From Lingula anatina (Eukaryota; Animalia; Brachiopoda), in contig CM120649.1 in the NCBI GenBank assembly GCA_051362555.1, forward strand, positions 7,502,001 through 7,566,000: a stretch of DNA of 64,000 bases. Direction: 5' to 3'. This document shows, one piece after another, positions 25,601 through 37,600 of the stretch. The translations under genes were made by a program, and so were the position numbers. Below the pieces are notes generated by a model that saw only the letters and a program-made list of their open reading frames with translations, was not told the DNA's origin and searched no databases. How positions within the stretch are numbered: the first letter of the stretch is position 1; each line of letters begins with the position of its first letter.

Positions 25601-28600
25601 TCAAAGCATCAGGACCACGCTGCTGGGGGACCCCTCAGACATACCGTGTTAACCTACTGACTTAACTGCTTGGGGATACCCCCTGGAGCAACCCCTAGGG
25701 GCATGCCCCAAGATACCCCCTAGGGTGCTTTCCCAGATTAAGTTTTAGATCGACCTAACTCCCTGGGGATTCACGCTAAATTGCAGTCAGCCGAGTGGGC
25801 ACCATAGTTAATTACCCCCTTACAGCTTTTAGTAGGCGGGACAGACGCTTAAGCCGGCCAAGCTGACAGTAATCTAGTGAGACTCCCCACAGGGAAAGAT
25901 CGATCTAAAAATCTATGGAAATGGGGTGCTAGGGATATACCCCTGGGTTCAATAGAAATGACTGACAACAATAAGCCTCTAAAATCTTTAATCACTTTTC
26001 TGTGGCGTCCAATGTGAGGAAGATGCAAACCTGCAATTTTTGTTTGTCTGAATCATTGTTTTTACAAATTTCATAAAATTGTTCAAATATGCCATCCCAA
26101 CATTTTCAAAAGTTTCACAATAGAACTGTTAAGTATTTTCAGAAGGAAATAAAAATGTTCACAGGACAGAAACTATGAGGATGATGCATTAAAAATCATG
26201 TTTTTCAATCAATTTAAGATAATTCATATGACATAAGTTAGACAGAACAAGTGCAGTCAAGATCAACAATTTCATTTTGAATTTAAAAATCATTCTGCAC
26301 AGCACTAGAATTATCAAATTGACATTTAATTTTCCTGAATAATTGCTGCAGGACAGGGATAAATAAATTATGTTCATATGAAACCATTTCAGGCTTCAGA
26401 GTACTAATTTGGCTTGCACCTCAATCCAACACGTCAATCTTCTATCTACTTTCATGCCAATATGACCAGGCCTTAATATTTAAACAAATTAGGCCTTAAC
26501 TAGATCCTCATATTTGTGGGCACAAATGCCCAAATTGACGACTCTAGCCACAAACCATGTGTTTGCTTATCTACCCATTTGGTACCTTCCATATGAGCTG
26601 AAGATAGTCAAGAATGCATTGTTGTTGTATTAATAGTTCTTTGTTGATAAAAAGAACCCGTATGTGTACAGCTAGAGACCCAGAAGGAAGCCGGCTAAAT
26701 TGTGTGTGCAATAAAACGCTAAGCTTGGGGCAAATAATTCTATGTTGGGGGTAGTAAATTTGTGGCTGGAGTCATAAATTTGTGCATTCGTGCTCACAAA
26801 TCTAAGGCTTATGTCCAAAAATGTCTGAACGTTTATGAGGCCAGTATGACATACCTTTCAAATGTGTATTCACTCTCCGCCCTGAAGAAATAAACATGAT
26901 TCTTGAATTGTAGTTTGAAGACGTAGTCTTTGTGTATGTCGTCCACCTCGCTGGGGGTGCTAACAGAATAGCCAAGCAGGGGGAGGCTGGCAAGTGGGAA
27001 GTCATCCTGAAAGTACAGAAGTACCATATTAGATAGGGCAGTGGGAATCCTTGTACCTGTATAAAAGCTTGTAAAACTCCAAGAAAAACCACTTTTGTCT
27101 AAATGTAATTTTTTGTGACCCAATTTTCTAATGTACAGCAAACTCAGCTGTGGGGCCATTCACATGACAAGTCTATTTTCTAAAAATCTATTTTCTAAAT
27201 GCGGTATCTTGTGATCACGGTCTGTGCCCTGAATACCCCGCGGCGTAATTACTGGCAGCACGAGCCAGTTACTGCGAAGACTTTGTGAAGACAAAATTCT
27301 AGAGATGAAGTTGTCTTCCTTGGAGGCTTAGTTTCACTGCCATAACAAATCCCCATCAACAGCAGTGCTGCAATTAGTTCCACGCAAACAACCATATTAT
27401 AGCAATCATACTTATCGGCATGCTTCCTGTCACTGGGAGAACACAATAAGGTGTCTGGTCACACAGATGTCAGCCTGTCATAACTCGCCCACTCCTCACA
27501 CCTCATCTCTGCTAATAGCTTATTATTCAAGATTTGGTTGTTCAAAAACACATCATCTTCTAGGCACGTAACTAACACAACAGTTATTGCTCATATAAAT
27601 TAATGAATTTGGTTGATTGGAGAAAAGTCTATCTGAATCAAACTTCAAACTATCTTTTCAAAGAGGAAAATTGTGAATTTTACAGATGCTGTATTTTTAA
27701 GTCAGAATTTCTTAAAATTAGTACATTCCTATTGAGTGGCAGCGACAAAATTAAAAGGCAGACTACTCTATTATTCCATGAAATATGCAGTAAAAGCACC
27801 ACAATTGCTATATAGATATCTCATTTTTATGATTATAAAATTGCATCATTCTGAAAATTTCATAATTTTTGCCTACTGGAAAAAGCTAGTCTCCAAATAT
27901 TTATGAAAGGTCAAAAGAACCAGCTTTTTTTTTTTTTTCATTTTTTCTTCGGAGCCACACAGCAAAAGCACACTTTTTCAGCTGTAACACATATACCTTC
28001 CAAGCTATCCAAATAATAATTTCCTCTGGCCCTATATATTATACACTACATAGTGGCACGGGGATCAATATTCCTACCTGAAATGTCTTGTAGAAGAAGA
28101 GACAGAAATTGGTGAAGACTACCCACAATTTCTGCCAGCCATTACTGTTCTTGAACTTCCTCAGCAGATAGCCACTTAACTGGTTCTGAAAATAAAGAAA
28201 CAAATACTGATGTGAGCACTGAATGGTACAGTGTGATAGTTGTGACAGCCACTTCACTGGTTCTGGAAATATAACAACAATTACAGATGTGAGCACTTAA
28301 TGTTACAGTGTGATAGTTGTGACAGCCACTTCTGCTCACTGGTTCTGGAAATAAAGCAACAATTACTGATGTGTGTACTATGTGACAGTGTGTTAGATTA
28401 TATAGTGTTGTGAAGCAACATTGTATTGTGTATCAACATTGTAACATTGCCTATCAATTAACATTGAATTGTGTAGCAAGGTTTGCTATTTCTCACTTTG
28501 ATGGCTGTGTTATAACATTGTATTGTGTAGAAAGATTTGCTGTGTCTCATTTTCATGGCTGTGTTATAACATTGTATTGTGTAGCAAGATTTGCTGTGTC

Positions 28601-31600
28601 TCATTTTCATGGCTGTGTTATAACATTGTATTGTGTAGCAAGATTTGCTGTGTCTCATTTTCATGGCTGTGTTATAACATTGTATTGTGTAGAAAGATTT
28701 GCTGTGTCTCATTTTCATGGCTGTGTTATAACATTGTATTGTGTAGCAAGATTTGCTGTGTCTCACTTTCATGGCTGTGTTATAACATTGTATTGTGTAG
28801 CAATATTTGTTGTGTCTCAACTTGATGCTGGAACAAGGTTTTTGTTATAACACTTCTATGTTGTGCAGGACGTTTTGCTGTGTTTCTCACCTTGATGGCT
28901 GTGTTATGGTCCTTCATACTGACGCTGGTGTTTCGGTGCCAGCATACATGCATGGTGGTATTGGCGCGGTGCTGGGACTGCTTCTCTGGAGGCGATGAGG
29001 GTGCTGGGTCTGACACATCTATGTTCTCTGAGGAACCTGAACAGATGACACAAGATATATACAGATACATGGGGGAGGGCTTAATATTCAGAGGACATAC
29101 ATGAAGAAATTTGACTAAAACAATCAAAATCATTAAACTGAAACAATATCAAAATCATTAAACTGAAATGATATACCTGGTGATGGTTGAAAATAGGACC
29201 AGATGAAAACCAGCTACATAATGCAGCACTCACTTGTACTGGAATAATGTGAATACAATCAGCCTAATGCAGCATTCACTTGTACTATCTCACTTATACA
29301 TTACTCACTTGTACTGGACTTGAGGCTGGGCTGTTTCTGAAGGTGGATATCGTCTCCCTTCACACGTACCAGCTGGATGGAATCTGTCAGGTCTTCGACC
29401 CATTTATCCTTCTCTTCCTGGGAGCTGAAAAATCAACAGGCTGCTGTTACGAAACTGTTGAATCAAACACACTTACGCATATAATGCAGTGTGATATCTA
29501 ATACACTGTCACACCTAACAGAAACTTAAAGGGATAATAACTCTTCGTATGAGGTCTATATTTCACAATGAAAACATTGTGAATAACTCCTATAAATATA
29601 ATATATGCTGTTTTACGACAAAAACAGGAGTTATAGCTATTATTCTGATATCTGAGCTTGTCTTCAGACCACGTGACCTCCATTGATGGCTGTACTGTGT
29701 TATTATCTCTTAAGAGATTTTAACAAAAAACCAAACATTTTAGAAAAAAAAACAGGGACTAACTTTGAATGTAAAGATGGATTCATCAACCATTGGTAAG
29801 TATGGGAAAATTGTTGTTTACTCCAGGAAAATTCATTTTTTGGCCAAAACGAAGAGTTATTATCCCTTTAACAAAATGTGATACCTAACACACTGTCACA
29901 CCTAACAGAAACTTAACAAAATGTGATACCTAACACACTGTCACACCTAACAGAAACTTAACAAAATGTGATACCTAACACACTGTCACACCTAACAGAA
30001 ACTTAACAAAATGTGCTACCTAACACACTGTCACACCTGCCGAACTGTAAAACCTAACACACTGTCATACCTAATACAGTCACACCAAACAGAATGTGAT
30101 ACCTAACACACTATTACACCTGACACAATGGCACACCTAACTCATCGTCACACCCAACACACTGTCACAGCTAACACAATGTCACACCTAACACACTGCC
30201 TCACCAAGCAGTCCATCACATTTAACACACCTAACATGGCTGACACATGTGTACTGACCTGGCTGCTACTAGTAGGCACCTGTTTCCACTGAATATGGTG
30301 AAACTGTTGGCGACAGCCATCTTGGGGTCAGTTTCCTCTACATACATGTTCCTCAGTGGCAGCTGCCCATGGACTTTAAACTGCTGACTGGGAGTGGCCG
30401 ACCTGCTGGTGTAGACCAACATGTCTGACAGCTGGAAGGGAAAATTTTAAGACTGTTTATTAAGATTTTTGACATTCCTGTTATCCTGGCAGAACTAAAA
30501 CTGATTTGGTTCAAGTGCATTTTTGCCGGACAAGAAACTGGAAAACATAACTTACCAAGAATAACCTCCTATGCTGAAACTTACCAAGAAGAACATCCTA
30601 TGCTGAAACTTACGAAGAACAACACAGTGAACACCTTTTGCTTTAACTTACCAAGAAAAACATTCTTTGCTGATATCCTTTCCTGGAAAGTTTCTGGAGA
30701 CAGCCTTCTCGAATAAATTCCTAGAAACATTTCAACATCATTGTGTTAATTCTTAAACATCAAGAAACATGAATTACTAATCAAATATCTAAACCAAACT
30801 CCAGTATATGTGATAAATAACTTTATATCTCTTTTTTTAGAGGCTTACCAAAAACTTATGACATCCTCATGGTAGTTAAAACATGCAGTAAAACAGATAG
30901 GAAGCATCTTATTCATAATGTAAACATCTAAAATAGAATTTTACTGTGATCACTATGCTTCAAAATCACCCAAGTTACAACAAGCACTTACCCTGGCAGG
31001 CTGAACCAAGTTGTCTATTCCTAACAGGTCTCTTTGTAACTCCAGAAGTTTGTGCAAGTTTTCCTACAACAGAAATAGTATGTATAATCTTTGTAGCAAT
31101 CCCATCTGTTAACCAGCCTGAATGTCTAAGAGTTGGGAACACAGTTATCTAAGAAAACCGGACCTCTATTACAGAACTTCGCACAATGAACTATCCTCTC
31201 TTATTCTCATAAAGCAATAATCATTGAGACCTAATAAGATCACTCAATTCAGAGTAGATAATATCACAATGTTAGTATCAAGTGGACAGTACCACATGGT
31301 CGACACCACAAGGTCAGTGCATGGTTGGCACCACATGGTCCGCAGAAGTATGTGTACCAACTTTTCCCATGATGCAAAACTTCTCACGGCATCTACAGAG
31401 GCACAGGTGTCTTCAGTTATTTTAATACTGATACTTACCAAACTTCTCATTGTGTCTGCAGAGGCACTGGTGACTTCAGCTATTTTAATAAGGGAAGCTG
31501 GAAATAAAAAAATAAATTAAACAAACAGTTTGTAATAGAGGTAGAGAAGTTTACATTAATTAGTAATTTAGAATATATTTTGCATTTTATTGACCATTTA

Positions 31601-34600
31601 TACAAATATTTAATTATATAAAATGACTGTAGTGTATTTTTATAAAACACCATTGTTCTTTACTTAGGAGACTAATTAATTGAGACAAATGTGACATTTT
31701 GGTCCATGATCTATAAACCTTGGTCACTTGAATGGTGATTTTGATGATTATTTGGACATCCGTAAGGAGTTGGGAGGCACTGGTGGCATTAAGTTCGGGG
31801 GGGGGGGGGGGGGGGGATGTTCATTGGGTACTGATGTAAACTGCTGCTCATATGTTGCGTCTAATAAGTCCGACTTTAATTTACTTAGTCTCTATGTAGA
31901 GAATAATTCCTATCTGCAGACCGTGAACAACCTCTTTCATAGTTAACAACAGTACTGGAAATGGAGACTTACATTTACAATCCTTGTAGTCTGGATGATC
32001 TGCATAATAATGTGCCAGTAACCCTGAAAAACAAACAAATAAAATACTCTATACATTGCTGTATAAACTTGGCCCATATTTCACAAATATTAAAACCACT
32101 TTGGGGACGAAAGCTTACCCTTGAGGCATTTTGCCTTTTATAAACAGTACTGTTAACTGATATAGGTGGCGGTTTACCAAGACAGCCCACACTGGTACTT
32201 ACTTTCAAGGATCAGTTGGTAATGCATCAGCCTCTGTGCTGGCTTCAGGAAGAAGGAGTAAAGAGGAAGATAGCAGACTTTTTGTGACTCAAAGTCCTTT
32301 AAAAGCTGCTCGAAATTTTTATCCTGTTTCATTGTGTTCTCGAAGCCCATTAAGATCTCTTCATGGTGGTCTATATAGTTCTTGTACAACTGAAATGGAA
32401 ATAGTTTTTTACTAAGATTCAAAATGCTTTCAATTACTCTTTATAAATTACTGAAAAGGGGCTGGTAAGATAACATTTAAATGATGGTGTTAGGCCAACT
32501 TGGTCAGAATCCAGGGAAGTGCCTGGATCAGTATCAAATTACCCAGGACTCAGGAAGCACCAAATTCAAGATGTATGATGAAAAGCTTACCTGAAACACA
32601 TAGTTAACACTGTGAATGACGACAAATTTAAACAAGATTGCTTTCATATAAATAAGAGTTAAAACAAACCTGCAAAACCTTTAAGTTATTTAACATGATG
32701 TCCCCTATTCTTTGGTAATCTCCGTTCAGATGTGCATTGGATTTCCCCTCCCTGAAACGACAGAAACACAATCAATCTCAACACTGTCACAACTAACACA
32801 CTTTACAGTGGGTAAGTTACAAGGTACAATATGTGGTCACTTAATTAAAGGTTATTATTAAGTCTAACCATCTTTCAACAAACCTTTTGAAACAATGACA
32901 TGACAGGTGTCATTCTTGTCACATGGCCAGCCTCTGTTCAATTTCCTTCAGAAAGCTACAGTTACTTCTATTATCACTACAAACAATTTGACAAGTCATA
33001 ACATGATGTCAGTCTTACCACATGGCCAACCTCTGTTCGATTTCCTTCAGAAAACTACAGTTATTTCTATTATCACTACAAACAATTTAACATGTCATGA
33101 TGTAATGTCAGTCTTACCACATGGCCAGCCTCTGTTCTATTTCCTTCAGGAAGCTGCAGTTATTTCTATTATCACTACAAACAATTTGACAAGTCATGAC
33201 ATGTCAGTCTTACCACATGGCCAGCCTCTGTTCTATTTCCTTCAGAAAACTACAGTTATTTCTATTATCAATTTGACGTGTCATGACGTGATGTCATTCT
33301 TACCACATGGCCAGCCTCTGTTCTATTTCCTTCAGAAAACTACAGTTATTTCTATTATCAATTTGACGTGTCATGACGTGATGTCATTCTTACCACATGG
33401 CCAGCCTCTGTTCTATTTCCTTCAGAAAATTACGGTTATTTCTATTATCAATTTGACGTGTCATGACATGATGTCAGTCTTACCACATGGCCAGCCTCTG
33501 TTCTATTTCCTTCAGAAAATTACGGTTATTTCTATTATCAATTTGACATGTCATGACGTGATGTCATTCTTACCACATGGCCAGCCTCTGTTCTATTTCC
33601 TTCAGGAAGCTGCAGTGGAACTCGTAGATGGGGTCCAGGTGGGTAAACAGCAGCTGCGAAAGGTAGTCTGGCATGGCCGTGTCCTTACTGACTGCGTTAC
33701 GAAACCACTGGAAGACAGAGCGTATTTTGAACATACCACATGACACATCAACTACTTCAGTCACACGCTCAACCTGAATTTGAACCTTATCAATATTCTG
33801 GTCAGGATACACAGTTTTAAGTGCAATACCCCATTTGAAGTCCTCCTATTACATACTATAGTTATCACTAACTGGCGGTAGAGGGGAGAAAAGAGGGTAC
33901 AATCAAAGGCTTTCTAAACAAGACTTTTTTTAAACTGTTCATATGATCAGTGCATTACATCTACGTGTGTGACCATATGAGTGCCTTACCACAGTCATGA
34001 CTTCCAGGTCTTTTTTGTAGGTTCTCTCTGTCATCAGGAGTTCTTTGGCAACATAGTATGACTTGTCAGGTGGGAAACGCTGGAATCATACAGGAACAGG
34101 TAAGACAAGAACAACACAGGAAAAACAAGCATGACACTGATATCAAAAATTAAAAATATAATCTTGATGTGTTTTATCATTACCACTAGGAAAAAATTCT
34201 TAGAAAACAATATGAGAAATATTAGCCAGCCTGCCAGGCCTCGCATCACAGATCATCAGTGAGAGCACTCACTACCATGGGGAAAGCTTCTGGGGTATTA
34301 TTTCAGTGTCACTGTGTGATAGGGGGCATTCATCCACAGCAAGCACATTTGTCACCTCACTCATCAAAGCAGTGGACATTGCAATAATCATACACCAATG
34401 GTCTCAACAATACTAATATTAATATAATTCAAGTTATTTGTTCTGTGAAATTCAAGCATATCAAAATGTGATTAAAAAATTTGTCACAACTGTTGGACAG
34501 GAAACTGGCAGTAAGACAGTGGTAGAGCAATGCTGTGGGGCAGAGGTGAAGACATGGCGGCTGTGAAGACATTACAGTTAGTTACAAAGCAACAGAAAGT

Positions 34601-37600
34601 GCAGGTGTCACACAAACCTTCCTCCTAACCTCCTCCTCTGAGTCCTCAGTACGTGATGAAGACAGACTCACGCTGCCCTGACTGCTGGTTGTAGCCGGAG
34701 ACATCTTGCTGGACAATTGGGCGCGCTCTCGTCTCACCACCTCCGTCCTCTCTGTCTTTTCTTCCCTCATGGTGTGTCCGTTCTCTCGCGGCTCCACGGA
34801 GAATGTCTTCAGCCTCGGCTGCACCGGGGCCACGGGGATCTCCCTCTCATCTAGAGGAGGCGGAGGGGTGGGTGGGGACCGAGAGAATGGCTGCTCTTCC
34901 TCGTAACTTGTTATGAACGTGGTGGTTGTCATGGTGGCCTTCGTGTCATCAGGGGACATGTCCAAAGGCGGCTCTTCCTCCTCCTCCTCCACTGCATTCT
35001 CCTCACTGATAGGAGCATAGTTAGCAGGAGGGTACTCAAACATTGCTTTGTTATTGTCATGGCGCATCTGAGCCTCTGTCTCGCTGTGCGCTCTGATCAT
35101 TCCCTTGGAGACAGGAGGGGTGACAACAGGACTGTAATATTATATTATATTATATTATATTATATTATATTATATTATATTATATTATATTATATTATAT
35201 TTCAGGTACATCATCCCTTGGATACAGAGGGGGTGACAACATACTTAAAGGAGAAATCGAGGCATTTCATGTCAATTATCCTTCATTTCAGGTCCATTGA
35301 AACAAACCAGTAGGCTAAATCACTGATTAGCTGAAAAACCTATTTTATATGAATTACACTTACACACAAAGTAAAAAACATAACAAAAACAAACAAGAAA
35401 TTAGACCCACTCTTTAAATAGATGGAGAAGCAATTACCTGATGTCCAGTGGCTCCCCCACCTCCTCTGGGATGTTTTCGATGTCCTCTGTTCTGGTCAGT
35501 TGATGGTCATTTGGATGGCGTAGGCTGTCAGGGATGTTCGCCACCTCTGGAGAACGAGCCAAGTGAGGTTCATCCATCTGATGCTCAATCTCCTCCTGCT
35601 GAAGAGTGGTTAAGACTGGTGCTGACATCTTTCTGTCAAAGTCCTTGTGGGGCGACCTCTGCGGCTGGGAGGGTTCTGGGGGGACGGGAATCTGGGAGAC
35701 GTCCACACGCTTGGCCTTGGGAGACTGGCTGGTGACATCTGGAGGTGAAGCACACCATAATGCTTGACAACACATGACAATTCAGCAGACCTTGACCTCT
35801 GACACAATCTGCTCAGACAAGGTCCAGTTTGACTGGAAATAGGGCTAATTTGCACCATCACAACTTAACATATCAGACAGTCACGCTCTAGCCATTTAAA
35901 TCTAAGTAAAACAAATCTGATCACAGAAGTCCAAGTTAAGACTCAATTCCGGTCTAATGTGGTCCTGGTCTGAGCACCCCTGATATATTGTGTTATTTAC
36001 CAACTTCTTTCTGTTAAGTTACTGTAGCAACCATTACAAATACTTACAGTTAAGAACAGTACTCACTTCAGTCTACAAACAAAACTACCAACTTTTCCGT
36101 AGCTTTTAAGCAGGGCATCTAGGGTAGTCTTCATAATTAAGTTATCCAGCAGAGAAAAAAAACTAAATCTATAAAGAAAACATCATTCAGTCATTACTTA
36201 GTGCCCATTATTTCTCCCTGCCCCCCTCCATTGGCCTGCTCTTCTCTCACACATTTTACAGGGTAATTGAATTACACCAAGTCTATTGAGGCTGACAGCC
36301 CTAGTCCTGGGTTACAGGAAAGAAGAAACCACCTCAAATTGAAAATCAATTTTCTGAGACATTCTGTTGTCTTCTCATCAATAATGCAGCTAGAGTGTTG
36401 TGTGTCTTCAGTGAGGAGAGGTAGACCTAGCTGTCAACCGGAACAACAATAGCGCTCCAATGGTTATACAGAGCAAACTGTGGCTGGCTGAATAAACGGT
36501 GGAATGAGATACTGAGAATGCCTCCTGGAATACTGATGACAAGATTTCCCGCCCACTTTTGCCAATATTCCATCTCGGCAAATAAATCCAGTGCTTAATA
36601 CCCATATAATTGCCAATTTCCCCATATAATTTATCTGGTTAGTATCTATTAACAATATGTTTTATTTATTCATCAATCTAGGACAAACTTTTCTGCTTTA
36701 TTTTATTCTGGATTTTTTTTTTTCAGTTTTTTCTGGATTATGTGTCCCTCAAAATGCAGAAAATCAAGCAACAATGCTTCATTTACTCAACTTCTTGCCA
36801 CCACTTCACCGACTTTCATATGATCAACACTAATCAGATTTCACCGTGATGTGGCCAATCAAGCAGCAACTCATTACTGACCAATCAGCACCAGGCTGGT
36901 GTGGGCCAGGTGCATTCTGGGTATTTCTTAGTCAACTGGTCAGCCCCTCCCCCTGTTTGGATGTTCAACCAACACTTCAATGTGATTAGATCTGATCCCA
37001 TTGACATGTAAACTGAGGCGTTATGATGATACGTCTGGCATTGTTGGCTTGTGAAATGGGAGTGTGGTTAGTCGAGACATGCTGCTGTGTCAATACAACC
37101 AAAGCTCTGTAAACACTGGACTCTCCCCCCATATATCTACTATCACTGTCTGTCCTGCTCCAGGAGAGGGGACACTTTATCTTCACACATTTCATTGTGT
37201 ACCATCAAAAGATGTCATAAATTCTTATCGACTCCAGAGTGGCAGTAACTGTCGCTGTGTGTTCCTGTTTACTCTCAATGACTGTAAGTGACAAGATGCT
37301 GTATTACATCATGTTTATCATATTTACTGAGGATACTATGCTGATATTTCTTATCTTTTATCTCAGGAGTGGCACACAGTTTACCATACTCTTTTGTGCA
37401 AAAGCAGGAAAGCTGCTGGGAGATGGGGGTACTGTTCAGTGGGGGCTGAGAGGGCAGAATCCCCATCAATCTACAACCAGTGCACTACCATTCAAACAAG
37501 GCTGTGTGTGTGTGTGTGTGTGTGTCCGTGCGTGCATGCGTGCGTGTGTGTGTGTGTGTGCATACATTTAATTAGAGAGTGATATTTCATGGTGTATCAG

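Noticed and set aside
25293-25652. 119-aa plus ORF, or an alternative FARP last exon
   Set aside because: No recognisable domain or convincing acceptor; the exon at 13642 completes the PH domain properly
32907-33743. 278-aa plus-strand ORF
   Set aside because: Antisense reading of the exon-end tandem repeat; unit lengths divisible by 3 keep it open
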